A stretch of DNA of 64,000 nucleotides from a virus: the IMG/VR virus record IMGVR_UViG_3300025096_003663, positions 1-64,000 of that record. One strand, given 5' to 3'. This document shows, one piece after another, positions 51,201 to 60,335 of the stretch. Both the position numbers and the translations under genes were made by a program. Each line of letters begins with the position of its first letter. The stretch's first letter is position 1. The notes under the pieces were generated by a model. It saw only the letters and a program-made list of their open reading frames with translations. It was not told the origin of the DNA and ran no database searches.

Positions 51201-52921
51201 TATCTAATGTAGTTGGTGCCGAAGGGATATACACTCTCGTTGGAACTCGACTTGGCTCTTCTTCTCTCGGCGAAGATGCTGGCAAGTCATATATCTACCA
51301 TAGCCGAAGTTTGGGTGTTTCAGAGCAAATAATGAGTGCTTCGGACGGACTTCCTTATCAATATTTTGGAACCTCAGTCTCCTTGATCAGCTCTTCGATT
51401 TTGCCGGATGAATTATACTCAACAATGGGAGCGTCAACAGCATCTTTCGCTGTCTCTGGATCCGGAGCGGGATATATGTTCGCTGGAACATTCGGCTCTC
51501 TGTCTGGCACAATCGGCATTCAAAATGTCCAACAAGATTACAGGCAGCACGGTAAGCTATTCGGCTTACCGCTAGAAGATGCTTACGATCCAGCTTATGC
51601 CGCTTACACCCCGCCAATGTTTTATGGCGAGGCAGTAGCAAGAATAAAGTTCACCCCAACCGTAACTGACAACTACACACTTGATGAGATCATAGAACAG
51701 GCGACGGTAGAAGAAATAATAACTGTTGACTCAAATCGAGTAGCTACAGTGAACGGCTTTGTAAAATCACTTACGACATTACAAGAGCAAAACAGAATGC
51801 CCGTCAGCTCATCAGTCAACTTATTCGGAAAGTATTTCGAGAAAGGGGCAACTTGGAATGCCGAATCGGGACAAGCAACAACTATCGACGGTGCTACAGC
51901 CCAGCCATCATGGGTCGTATCAACCAAGTTTGAAAGCCCAGTTTTGGATGTTTCTAGTAGCAAATACAACGATCTTTATTCGGCTCACCTCCCTGATGCT
52001 GATATGGCGACAAACTTCAATTTCTACCCAGGCGAGATAAACAGAACAAACCCAAGAACAATGTGGACAAGCTACGGCAAAACTCCAACTGGAACAAAAG
52101 CTGTTACATTGGAACTGAGAGAATCATTTCCCCACAAAGTGCTGGGACGAGCAAGTGCTACGACTGGCTCCCTAATGAGGCAATGTAAGTTCGATAAGGG
52201 AGTGACGAAGAAGGTCGGCACCGTCCGAGGCACCAAGGAGATCAGCGAAGCTATCGTTATGATTCCTTACTTGGACAAGGCAGTAAAGCATGTAACCACT
52301 CAGGTCGAGGGCTACAACCTCATTCGACTGAATAGGTCGATATACAATATCCAGAAGAAAAACTTTGAGAAAGAAGGTATAGCAATAAAGACAGCCGCTC
52401 GCCGAAATAACGAACAGATCGAGAGCACTACATTTACAGATATGTTCCAGGCAATGGAGAACTACAATGTGCCTCCAAATATGGATTTCCTGAAGTATGA
52501 CGACATTGCCCCGTTCGCTATGTATTTTTTCGAGTTCAACCAAACACTAGACCAGGATGATCTAACGGACATCTGGCAAGGGACTATGCCAAAGGCAGCC
52601 CTAAAGGTGGAGAAGGACGAGGTAACGATAGAACATCAAGTAGATCCGTATGAGTTCTTTGGATACATAAAGGACCAAACATTGATCGGGCAGATGAAGT
52701 TTTTCACCTTCAAAGTAAAGAAGAAGGCAAAACAAAATTATTATGAGATAACCAAGGATGCCACAGACGATAGTAGATTTAGATTTACATTCTCCAGCGA
52801 TCCTGAAGCAACAGCAGTCCCACCACAGGGAAGCTATAACTGGCCGTATGATTATTTCTCTCTTGTAGAAGGAATTGACATCGAAGCAAAATATACTTTG
52901 AAAAATGAGGATGAGGGGTAA
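45284..52921 (+). CDS. giant (2545 aa) virion protein with two FG-GAP beta-propellers and a reelin-like domain
   Basis: Two blocks of seven KLTASD...FG.SVS...VGA...GAAY repeats; Asp-box-like SDGGAW domain at about 48490-48930. Confidence 0.85.
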   Translation: MTDSFLKIAPFQLFSSSVDTGYNAEISASFKPGIDITNMKTDRYSDLNDAPMQGPFTEKYVGGSQYRHVPLNDGNDTPLTRPELYNITMTSSVLKVIGPDNIDVNRARAPYFRDGFSKRPVNIANIHTTGSDVGNYQHDYQVVQTVSRTTNNRAFTEATGSGFAQYLTTQFVSGAKDPNRTLPDFDIDGKNEFVFVNRFNAPGGTQVSSRGVLDTYAEEYAPANDINTRNYTVRSQLRSDLARHTPKAGTGIPTQYHNDNRNPKIDFTKDPIIVPDRYASRILTERKLTASDASTDDVYGYAVSMVSGSDGIYILVGARENDSSDTNNGAAYIYQVTNSGILSEQKLTASDGSPQTNQLFGTSVSITSGTDGIYAIVGALGDDEAGTYDGAAYIYHSTSAGVLTEQKLTASDPPLSNYRYFGNSVSIASGTDGIYLSVGAIGDDEAGSNDGGAYLYHSTSAGILTELKLTASDAPTSAARNFGNSVSVASGTDGIYISVGAYGDSEVGPDYGAAYLYHSTSAGPLTELKLTASDAGSSATPRFGTSTSIASGTDGIYLLVGARGDDEVGLNDGAAYLYHSTSAGPLTELKLTASDEPASDARNFGNSVSVASGTDGIYSLVGADLEPDDVGILQGAAYIYHSTATALIAQKVTPSDGSESIAQRFGSSVSIVLTTNQVGASDVYVLAGASGDDVGPGGTDAGAAYLYSGSNSQLRYSSEYSQSYDNGFITHAIPRSDLKYRWIQASALTTEAELPGYQHSSPTPFGPYDDINYVLDSGNPALHNIIGDVVEPSRGDFIGISGTGLDKSGIDIQTTLGSINLLSKTAATIFNVYNGPYQYSSWNQVRNSYNPIVRQLVRESILSLANPQKTTTNSLGNQVFSKRSDGVTNYKEPVVSENAHPVEHNLLVRPDLTSQETIPSSLKYSFANNLSSFTRQSIVNKANIQQQNQSSMYDDIKDYYLESQPGGDNPVEKLLDIKYSQGLYPAVANTFINITRERTEYSEVAGTGSNGYDRIFGKQRTFYKEDEIRNSNAPNSQGFAPSENVIDFSSSYDFSENISTNFINDDSSIVRLDDTLGSNAFCFGTNPGSSPSTRFLQWKDTFLTSSVSSDISLSFEITRGTYGTFDGTVTLEEPSFLQPGKAVYVQYRLSDGGAWQTADTILPGDLTAGNYSLTASSFDPGGPAFVRISQEVFSGQGTSNGYQFDNYAIRNLNITASTVDTNKPALNFDSMATDGIKSFPESASYRDYNGELMQDSDETMFSTSPLPSLSYLELYNIKVNQSSSGYVERLTEQIAGENSWYNTYNDYAVDVRPHTKNKSIVPEFRMSDHIPYYIVDKGNDFRAPNKKILSLNGASITSSAESVSSELFDNNFVTKYVQSSNTARFASMTDEHEDVASVSNVSFTCKGIKKLLPYNGFYPKDRTVQIGNLLSESLSTNVEGTYEGVEGSFPKQGWQGILKPLMSPGILYNSIKSGIAVDYPIYTGSIPGLVAGDNTPSDFRLDVGPNYRLPFETLVDVKGNLPEGTENPIRLVSAFVTDESDFNTDQLFNYKSVWNGQKTDLFELGMHNFLAETVDFFLPQSGLSNFRSQPENEWDRFKEGTSYYMDIVLRDSVEMNKFIEYSGSGEIVENLKFGASDGELDDRFGISVDTVEGSSGEGIYALVGSVIGKMYLFQNRFDTTGWKQLESIEVSPLDTPYMSVSIASGTDGIYMLAGNSFDSSLPYAANQQGAAYLYHSSSTGISKQALSASDGASFTMPRFGTSVSVASGTDGIYALVGQPRDIGGTMNAGAAYLFHSKSSEPFYIDRLGLTNQKWQTKITSSDVGSIDLFGQSVSVAYGSDTAYMLIGSTGDADGGSGAGAAYLFHSKSGTPFYVDNTGLTNQEWQTKITASDSTAGTNLGDSVSIVSGTDALYMAVGGTDESTIASDAGAAYLFHSQSGIPFYIDSTGLTNQEWQTKLTASDAAADDNFGNSISNVVGAEGIYTLVGTRLGSSSLGEDAGKSYIYHSRSLGVSEQIMSASDGLPYQYFGTSVSLISSSILPDELYSTMGASTASFAVSGSGAGYMFAGTFGSLSGTIGIQNVQQDYRQHGKLFGLPLEDAYDPAYAAYTPPMFYGEAVARIKFTPTVTDNYTLDEIIEQATVEEIITVDSNRVATVNGFVKSLTTLQEQNRMPVSSSVNLFGKYFEKGATWNAESGQATTIDGATAQPSWVVSTKFESPVLDVSSSKYNDLYSAHLPDADMATNFNFYPGEINRTNPRTMWTSYGKTPTGTKAVTLELRESFPHKVLGRASATTGSLMRQCKFDKGVTKKVGTVRGTKEISEAIVMIPYLDKAVKHVTTQVEGYNLIRLNRSIYNIQKKNFEKEGIAIKTAARRNNEQIESTTFTDMFQAMENYNVPPNMDFLKYDDIAPFAMYFFEFNQTLDQDDLTDIWQGTMPKAALKVEKDEVTIEHQVDPYEFFGYIKDQTLIGQMKFFTFKVKKKAKQNYYEITKDATDDSRFRFTFSSDPEATAVPPQGSYNWPYDYFSLVEGIDIEAKYTLKNEDEG
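46135..47404 (+). repeat. seven FG-GAP repeats (~183-bp period), propeller 1
   Basis: Recurring ctaacagctagcgat and tccggcactgatggcat blocks; 61-aa unit. Confidence 0.9.
50168..51481 (+). repeat. seven FG-GAP repeats, propeller 2
   Basis: Same motif, more diverged; three blades carry a PFY(I/V)D..GLTNQ.WQ insert. Confidence 0.85.
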
Positions 52922-52930
52922 TTAATATAA

Positions 52931-54031
52931 ATGACGTTCTTTGATCCGAAAGAAGATGTAATCGATATAGAGTTCACTCAGTTTGGCAAACACATGTTAG
53001 CTAAAGGGAAGTGGAATCCGGTATACTATGCCTTTTATGACGACGATATCATTTACGATTCAGAGTATGCCGGAGTCACCGAAAGCCAGAACGACATACA
53101 ATCCAGAATAACTGGAAGTGCCAGGGCAAAAAATCAATATGTCTTTAGTGGCATCGAGACAGAAATCAAGAAGCTGATGGATGACCTCCCATACGGAGAC
53201 AATGAGAAAGACAAGATAAGCCTCCAGGCGACAGACGATAGAGAATATTCATTGAGCTATCCTCTCGGCAGAAGCGACATTGGAAAAGAAAAATATCCAG
53301 CTTGGTCAATAACCTTCCTCAAAGGCGAACTGAGCAGCTCACTACCATACAGCACTTCCTCTCTCGGAACAGTGCCTCGAATCCACCTCTTCGCCAAGAA
53401 TGTAGAGTTCAATACTGAAGTTAGAAACAAATTTGCCGATACAGCCGACACAGCCGAGGATTGCCCGACCGGCTCAGCGGTGGAATCAAGTTTGAGCCAA
53501 ATAGGCGAGTCTGGAAATGATATGGTTGAGCCATCTGATCTAGTTTTTGCAAACAAAGTTTACGAAGACGGAACTTACATAAACATCGTAGAAGATTATC
53601 TTTTGATGGAAATGTTGGAAAAGAACACTCCTTTCGACGAGAAAAATGTTGATATTGAGGTATTCTTATACGAGAATAATCTCAAGACAGGCAAGGAAGT
53701 TCTCACTCCACTAAAATTCAAGAAAAAGAAACCTTCGGTAGTAGACGGCATCTTAATAGATGAAGCAGACGAAGACAGAGAACAACAAGCAGAACTAACA
53801 CCAGATTGTGTAGAATACTTTTTCAACATAAGAGTGGACGATGAAATTCCAGAGGATGTCCTTTGCCGAGCAGTTAAGAAGCGCCGAGATCTTGGACTCT
53901 ATGCTCCGCCGGTCGTATGTCCAGAGGAATTTGCTCCACTCTCACCCCCCGACGGTCCCTGTCCTCCAACCACTCAGAGCTGCCCAGATCCTGTTGAGCC
54001 AACTTGTGATGATATAGAGGAGGAAGAATAA
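52931..54031 (+). CDS. virion structural protein, N-terminus paralogous to 60336-61274
   Basis: FFD...IDIEFTQFGKHMLAKG...YAFYDDDIIY; Pro/Cys-rich acidic tail. Confidence 0.65.
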   Translation: MTFFDPKEDVIDIEFTQFGKHMLAKGKWNPVYYAFYDDDIIYDSEYAGVTESQNDIQSRITGSARAKNQYVFSGIETEIKKLMDDLPYGDNEKDKISLQATDDREYSLSYPLGRSDIGKEKYPAWSITFLKGELSSSLPYSTSSLGTVPRIHLFAKNVEFNTEVRNKFADTADTAEDCPTGSAVESSLSQIGESGNDMVEPSDLVFANKVYEDGTYINIVEDYLLMEMLEKNTPFDEKNVDIEVFLYENNLKTGKEVLTPLKFKKKKPSVVDGILIDEADEDREQQAELTPDCVEYFFNIRVDDEIPEDVLCRAVKKRRDLGLYAPPVVCPEEFAPLSPPDGPCPPTTQSCPDPVEPTCDDIEEEE

Positions 54032-54034
54032 TAG

Positions 54035-57000
54035 ATGTTGAGTATAGAAGCAATAAAAAGCACAGTTCCTGTTGCAAATATTAAGTCCATTATCTTACAA
54101 AACCCCTCGTCTACAGTGGGATCAGGCACGGGGATGGTAGTTCGAGTAAAGGCAACAGCCATTACAACAGCTAACGAATTGGGTTTTGATACTTCAGCCT
54201 CCACAGCATTTTTGTCGGTACCAAAATTAGAATTTAATTCACACCTCGGAGTAGCACTAATCCAAAGCACTAGTACCAAACTCACCTCTCTCCTTCAATC
54301 CTTTGGAACGAACCTTTTGAAATATATAGGACCGGCTAATCAGTGGAAAGGTAATGCCGCCTTTGATAGTTTTTTGAGTCATAAACTTGGCAACTCTGTG
54401 GCGATTCCTGACTTTAAAGCAAAGTTTATGGAGGTGATACATCAGCCTCTTTTCGGCAATATCGAGTCTCCGATTTTGGAGAAAATAGACAACAACGGAC
54501 AAACAATCAAAACAGTCCCATTAGAATTCGAGTTTAGTGTAGATAAGCAAACCCCCACTCATTTAACTTATTTTATTGTAAGCTTTTTAGATATTAACGG
54601 AATTGTGGAAGAAGTAAATTCACAGTCTCCCTTTCCTGACTCCGATGGAGCTCCCACTCTAGGATTGAACACAGTCGATTTGGAAAATCTCACAGGACTT
54701 TCATCTCCAGTAAAAAATGACACTATCTTTCAAGCAGGCATACTCTCTGGACACACTTCCTTTTTTCAACTTCCGAATGGAAAATTTTGGACGGGTCCGG
54801 TAGAGAAAGAGGGCGGTACTTACCAAACAGATACCAAAATTCCTCTTACTGTCCGAGAAGCTAGAAATGTGAAGATTCAAGATTTTAGAAATCTTGAGCC
54901 GCTTGAAGCGGTAGAAGTAATGAGCGATTTCACAGGAGAGAAAGAACAACTACGACTTATCTTGGAGAACTTCAAGCCTCGGATTAGGACTCTTGATCCA
55001 TCTCGAAACAAGCCTCACCCATATATTAGCGAATTATTTTCATCTATCGGTGTCCACAACAAAGTAAATCTCATGTTTATGATAAATTTTGAAGATATGT
55101 TGTTTAGCAACTCGATATATGGCGAACTGTGGAAGACAGTATATGCTGATATAAAACAGCAGATTTTTGAATTTTCGGCGATAAAATCGCTTAGGGTTTA
55201 TCGTCAGCAAGTAGAGGAAGAGAAAGGCACTAATTCCATAGGTTCGCCAGTTCAGAGACTAACACCAGTTCAAGGAACATTTCCGGAACTCATTGCTGTG
55301 TCCGGGCAAAGCCAAAACTCTTCGACACTCACAGAAGTTGCCAATTTTAAAGAAGAGACTAAAATGACACTATCGGAAGGAACCAGTATTAGGTGCTTTA
55401 GTATCACTGACAGCTCCATTCCTGAATCATCGATTTCACAGTATCGTTATTATGTAGAAATGGATTTGTATGATGGATCGTCAGATTTCCTGAAGTCGAA
55501 GGTGCAAGTTTTACAGAAATTCCTATATACACTGGAAAATTATCTTTCGGATATAATGAACTCTACTCTCCGAAATGACAGCGCCGCCGGAGACGATCAG
55601 CTTCGAAGAGAGGGATACAGCCCACAGTTTGGCAACCTTACAGAAGGCTTCGCTACGAAGATGAGGGGAAAATATCAAACTCGGCTAAAGGCAGGTGTTG
55701 CAAGCTTCTTAGAGGTCATATCCCTCTTCACACCTGATAATACACCGAGTAATACTGAGTTAGACGAAGTAGGCTTTTCCGTATCCGCCACTCAAGAGTT
55801 TATGAATATGATATTAAACCCTAGCCACACAAACCCAGAAAGCATCGGTGCTGCATTACAAATCGTCGCGACAACTATTTCCCAAATCCTGTCTTTTGTT
55901 GGCGAGGATTTAGCATCTCAAGACCCAGCCGCCATCCTACCAGCATCTTCTCCTCGGTCCACCTCAAAAAGATGCGCTATGATTTCTAAACAGTTTTCAC
56001 AAGCAGTGGATATGAGGGAATTAAGCTCTGGAGGGTACGATTACCTTTCTTCAAATTTAGCTGTAGCAACATCCGAGCCCAACAATCTAGGTCTTCGAGA
56101 CATAGGAGGTATTGCTTTTAGACAGAGAGTTCAATCGGAAACTTTAAAATACTATGTTCAGACACAACCAGATTTGACTACTGGACTAACATCTGACAAG
56201 AAAAGTTATGGAGGCACTGTTACTGTTGGGTACCGAGAAATGAGCTATTTGTCACCATCCCAAGTATTCGTCGGTCCCACTACCGACAAAACCATCGATC
56301 TTCTCGGATTCCTCAAGACCAACGAAAGGGCAATAGTGTTAGAATCACAAATAGTCAACAATACACTCAGCCAGAGAAACTCAGTTGTTGCCAGTACGGT
56401 ACCAGATCAGTTTTCTGTTACCTTCAAGAAAGCCTGGGACAACAAGGAGCGAAAGTTTTCCCCACCACAGCAAGTGTCGTTTTTTGAAGAAAATATGAAT
56501 CTAATAAAGACACCGCTACGACCACCCGGCGCCCCCGTCGTTAATGCCTCCCAATCCACAACCGAAGATGGTGAAGTGCTCGTGATCTTCGGAGGAGACG
56601 GCAAAACAAGGACAGCTCCAGCTTCCCTCTATCAGTCCTTGTTCAATAAAAGGATGGCGAATACAGAACCAGACCGTGAAAAATATGATATAAATAATAC
56701 CAGCAATTTTTTAGAGTCTATGACAACAGATCAGGTAAGGGACTTACCAAATCAAATAAAGGCATTATTTCAATCAAGCACCGGAGCCCAATCAGAAGTG
56801 AACCCAACAAATAGGGCTGAGAAAAATCTTCTTAGCGATCCAAGCCTAAGTGCCATCTCGACATTTCGATATAAAATGATTGTTGAAATTCAGTGCCTGG
56901 TGCAATTCGACAAGCTGGATGGACGATATTCGCTCTCGTCGCCAATCTGGACAACACTAGACGAGAAGCTGTTTAGCTCTTTTGTCGATAAGAAAGTGCT

Positions 57001-58069
57001 TTGCCGTCTAGTAGAGTATTCGGCACCACCAGAATTTGGGTTGAATCACCCGGAAGATTTGAAGATGCATGTGCATGATCGATATTTCACCCTCTCGCCA
57101 GATACTATGGTGACGAATCCGGTATCAGTTGGGGCAACAGAATCGACATCGTTTATCAACCACGATTACGAATTCGTGAATTCGGATTTTGACGGATCCC
57201 CTGAATTTGGAATGACATACTTACCCACCAGCCCCCCGAAGCCTGTCGATCCTAGGATTTTGAATGCCATAGATCGCCTTAAACACTTTACCAACAAGTT
57301 GAGCGAAAATTCAATCATGGATGCCTTTCATTCGATTCCAGGCAGCACAAAGAAATCATCAACGAGCCCGAGTGACTCTATGCTTCGAACTGACGAGATT
57401 GCAATTTTGTCGGCAACTCAAAAAGCCACATCTGCTAAGCTGGCGAAGCTCAATAAGACAATTGACTCAACTCGGGGATTATTAAAGGCGAAAGAGAGAG
57501 AGGCATCGCTGACAACGGCTAACATAGTGTCCAATTCTTTCACCTCTTCGGAGAAAGCACAGCTCCAGCAAAAGAGTGTTTCGATAGCTCAAGAGATGAA
57601 CTCGCTAAGGGTAAAACTAGCGAATGACGAGCAGCAGCAAAGCGCGGCAAAAGAGGCTCTAAACATAGCCAACAATAATGCCGAGTCTTTCTCTTCCGGC
57701 GGAAAGAGCTATACTTCGGTGGAAGATCCAAACAATGTCTCTCAGGTTGGTCCGCCTAATCAAACATTTACATCAACAGAACAGCTTATGACTGATTATG
57801 GCTTACTGATAAGCTCTATAGAGCATGACGCATCCCTGGGAATTGTCAAAGAAGAGAATATTGACAAACTTCAGAAGTATTCGGGCTACATTGCCGGGCA
57901 AGATGGCGACACCGAACAATTCTCAAATGAGATTGAAAGTATCAAGATCTCATCCCAAGAGCCGGACACTGTTGTTAAGAATGCTGAAGAGTTACAGCAG
58001 AAAGAGCTCGTTACCTCTTCGGGCACCGTCGTCGGGAAGAATCAAACTAATAGGGGTGTTAAGAAATGA
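54035..58069 (+). CDS. large hypothetical protein in the structural module
   Basis: 1344-aa uninterrupted ORF with a C-terminal coiled coil. Confidence 0.7.
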   Translation: MLSIEAIKSTVPVANIKSIILQNPSSTVGSGTGMVVRVKATAITTANELGFDTSASTAFLSVPKLEFNSHLGVALIQSTSTKLTSLLQSFGTNLLKYIGPANQWKGNAAFDSFLSHKLGNSVAIPDFKAKFMEVIHQPLFGNIESPILEKIDNNGQTIKTVPLEFEFSVDKQTPTHLTYFIVSFLDINGIVEEVNSQSPFPDSDGAPTLGLNTVDLENLTGLSSPVKNDTIFQAGILSGHTSFFQLPNGKFWTGPVEKEGGTYQTDTKIPLTVREARNVKIQDFRNLEPLEAVEVMSDFTGEKEQLRLILENFKPRIRTLDPSRNKPHPYISELFSSIGVHNKVNLMFMINFEDMLFSNSIYGELWKTVYADIKQQIFEFSAIKSLRVYRQQVEEEKGTNSIGSPVQRLTPVQGTFPELIAVSGQSQNSSTLTEVANFKEETKMTLSEGTSIRCFSITDSSIPESSISQYRYYVEMDLYDGSSDFLKSKVQVLQKFLYTLENYLSDIMNSTLRNDSAAGDDQLRREGYSPQFGNLTEGFATKMRGKYQTRLKAGVASFLEVISLFTPDNTPSNTELDEVGFSVSATQEFMNMILNPSHTNPESIGAALQIVATTISQILSFVGEDLASQDPAAILPASSPRSTSKRCAMISKQFSQAVDMRELSSGGYDYLSSNLAVATSEPNNLGLRDIGGIAFRQRVQSETLKYYVQTQPDLTTGLTSDKKSYGGTVTVGYREMSYLSPSQVFVGPTTDKTIDLLGFLKTNERAIVLESQIVNNTLSQRNSVVASTVPDQFSVTFKKAWDNKERKFSPPQQVSFFEENMNLIKTPLRPPGAPVVNASQSTTEDGEVLVIFGGDGKTRTAPASLYQSLFNKRMANTEPDREKYDINNTSNFLESMTTDQVRDLPNQIKALFQSSTGAQSEVNPTNRAEKNLLSDPSLSAISTFRYKMIVEIQCLVQFDKLDGRYSLSSPIWTTLDEKLFSSFVDKKVLCRLVEYSAPPEFGLNHPEDLKMHVHDRYFTLSPDTMVTNPVSVGATESTSFINHDYEFVNSDFDGSPEFGMTYLPTSPPKPVDPRILNAIDRLKHFTNKLSENSIMDAFHSIPGSTKKSSTSPSDSMLRTDEIAILSATQKATSAKLAKLNKTIDSTRGLLKAKEREASLTTANIVSNSFTSSEKAQLQQKSVSIAQEMNSLRVKLANDEQQQSAAKEALNIANNNAESFSSGGKSYTSVEDPNNVSQVGPPNQTFTSTEQLMTDYGLLISSIEHDASLGIVKEENIDKLQKYSGYIAGQDGDTEQFSNEIESIKISSQEPDTVVKNAEELQQKELVTSSGTVVGKNQTNRGVKK

Positions 58070-60306
58070 GTCACAGTAAAGTAGGTAAAAGGGCGGCATA
58101 CATCAATAAATCGCTTCTAAGAATTTCTTCTTCTGATATACCAGATCCGATTAGAAAAATTCTTAAGAGGTATTACACCACAAAAGAGGAATCTATAAAA
58201 TATGCTCAGGATTTATTTCCATCTCCGTATTTTAATTCAAGTGTGAAAGAAAACAGTCTAGATGTCGGACTAATAGCCTCCGTCCCCCTAGAAAGACTAT
58301 ACGAATTTGCTTCTGCCGTCAATACGACTGCTAGATTTTCGGACTACTATTATCGGAAAGTGCTTCCTATGGATAAAGACACATTAGAAAAATCCAACAA
58401 AGTAGGCACCACAGACTATATCGATGTAAACTCTTATTATAGCTTTTATGCTAAAATATATGAAAGTGTTCTCTCAAAAAACCCTACATTGCCAGAAAAT
58501 ATACTCCCCAGCTTTTATGCTCTATATGCTCAGGGGGTTTATGAGCAAGACAATGTAAAGCCTCTCAACAATATTGACTCAAACTTTAAATCCGATATCG
58601 CCGAGGGCTTCTTTTCTTCCTTAGCAGGCAATGAGAAAGTAAAGTCGAGATTTATGAAGTATTTCAACGACTATGGAACAGCCTTGTCTAATATGATATC
58701 TTCTGACAGCGAAAGTGCTACGACCCTCAGCAATCTGAGTCTAAATTATTCAACCTATGTCTTTACTGAATCCAGTATTCCCCTCTTTACTTCCGAGGCA
58801 ACAAAGGGAGAAATGTTTCCTATGTATAACAAGGTTTCTTTCTCTACAGATACTAACACGGCATTTTCCAACATACTGAGAGAACTCAAGATCGAGAAAG
58901 AGCTTGTCCGAGAGATAGTTGGAACTGCTGAAGACGAGTTAGTTCCTTTTGGGCAGAGTATTGAAAAATATACCCCTTCAGACTCTGGACCTCCGAATCC
59001 TTCCGATGCCTTTAGTGATCAGAAGATGAAGATGTGGGATGTAAAAGAGTGGATTACTGATAAAATTTTTAACAGTGTGCCAACCGGAGTGGAGATAGGA
59101 GAAAAGGAAAAGTTGGTATCCGCTGCCGACGAGTCCATTCAAAAGTTGTTTACGAAAATGATTCTCTCCGCCCGGATAAATGATCTTTCTAAAAACAGAC
59201 TTAGAACCTTGGAGGAGATGATGGACGGTAAGCCGTCATATTCTGAAGAAGTAATGTACAAGATAGAGAAATTTGATTATCTCGAAACAAAAAGCCCCAC
59301 CGTTCAGAGGAATCCGATTGCTACATTCTACATACCGAATTCATCAAAGCTAGATGTTTGTAACTTCATCGATACTCAAGTTAAGTATGGGAAGCGATAT
59401 AAGTATGTTGTTTATTCCTATGACCTGGTGATCGGCAGCGAGTATAGCTATCCTGATGCCTCTTCGAAGGATGGTAAAATCTTAAAGGTGACTGTGAAAT
59501 ATGACCCTAGCATTAAAATAATAGAAAACAAGATTTCCGAATTGGATGAGGTAGTCGTAGTGGATCACCCTCCTATGGCTCCGGGTATCTCTTTTGTTCC
59601 ATACCGAGAAATAAATAATAAGGTATTAATCAACCTAAACTCTTCGACTGGAGATAGGCTTTTAGTGCCTGTGACTCTCGATAACTCAGATGTTGAGAAG
59701 TTTGAGTTGATTAAAAAGTCACAAAGAAGAATAGATGATAAAATTCGCTTTAAATCTGACGATATATCTGCTATATTTGAAGTGTACCGGACTACAGAGA
59801 AGCCTAAGAGCTATCAAGATTTCGCCGGCAAAAAATATACTGTCACAGGAGAACTATCTTCGGCAGCCGCTTTTAGAGATGATATAGAGCCTAATACGGA
59901 CTATTATTATTCCTTTAGGACTAGGGATGTTCATGGCAATGTGTCGAATCCGTCTGTTGTCTACAAAATCAAGATGGAAGATCTTGGGGATGGTCCCCAC
60001 TTTCTAGATGTTGATGTGGTAGACTTCGAGGAAATGGACACTGCAGCCACCGGCAAAGAAGTAGTGAAGGCAATGAGAAGGTATGTTCAGATACTACCAA
60101 CTGTCCCCCAAGGGCTACTTAATGTAAAGGAATCTGATTTGTTAGATGTAAATACTGTCGATGGAGTGACTAGTGTAGTTCTTGGAGTAGCTGACGAATC
60201 ATTATGGAATAAGAAATTTAAAATTAGATTTACATCTAAGAAGACAGGAAGAAAGGTTGATTTAGATGTAAATTTTGTTGTAGAACATAAACTAAAACAA
60301 ACTTAA
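58066..60306 (+). CDS. hypothetical structural protein with FN3-like C-terminal domains
   Basis: FIDTQVKYGKRYKYVV and FEVYR...FRDDIEPNTDYYYSFRTRDVHGNVSNPS. Confidence 0.7.
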   Translation: MSHSKVGKRAAYINKSLLRISSSDIPDPIRKILKRYYTTKEESIKYAQDLFPSPYFNSSVKENSLDVGLIASVPLERLYEFASAVNTTARFSDYYYRKVLPMDKDTLEKSNKVGTTDYIDVNSYYSFYAKIYESVLSKNPTLPENILPSFYALYAQGVYEQDNVKPLNNIDSNFKSDIAEGFFSSLAGNEKVKSRFMKYFNDYGTALSNMISSDSESATTLSNLSLNYSTYVFTESSIPLFTSEATKGEMFPMYNKVSFSTDTNTAFSNILRELKIEKELVREIVGTAEDELVPFGQSIEKYTPSDSGPPNPSDAFSDQKMKMWDVKEWITDKIFNSVPTGVEIGEKEKLVSAADESIQKLFTKMILSARINDLSKNRLRTLEEMMDGKPSYSEEVMYKIEKFDYLETKSPTVQRNPIATFYIPNSSKLDVCNFIDTQVKYGKRYKYVVYSYDLVIGSEYSYPDASSKDGKILKVTVKYDPSIKIIENKISELDEVVVVDHPPMAPGISFVPYREINNKVLINLNSSTGDRLLVPVTLDNSDVEKFELIKKSQRRIDDKIRFKSDDISAIFEVYRTTEKPKSYQDFAGKKYTVTGELSSAAAFRDDIEPNTDYYYSFRTRDVHGNVSNPSVVYKIKMEDLGDGPHFLDVDVVDFEEMDTAATGKEVVKAMRRYVQILPTVPQGLLNVKESDLLDVNTVDGVTSVVLGVADESLWNKKFKIRFTSKKTGRKVDLDVNFVVEHKLKQT

Positions 60307-60316
60307 TACTATTTAT
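60306..60316 (+). promoter_or_regulatory. candidate late promoter motif ATACTATTTAT
   Basis: Lies at the gene boundary 19 nt before ATG 60336; identical to 9835-9845. Confidence 0.5.
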
Positions 60317-60335
60317 TACGATAGGAGTGAATAAA

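Noticed and set aside
28206-58069. Inteins or self-splicing introns in the giant ORFs
   Set aside because: No intein C/S...HN-C/S/T boundaries or LAGLIDADG/HNH motifs were recognised; the inserts seen are adhesion-type domains.
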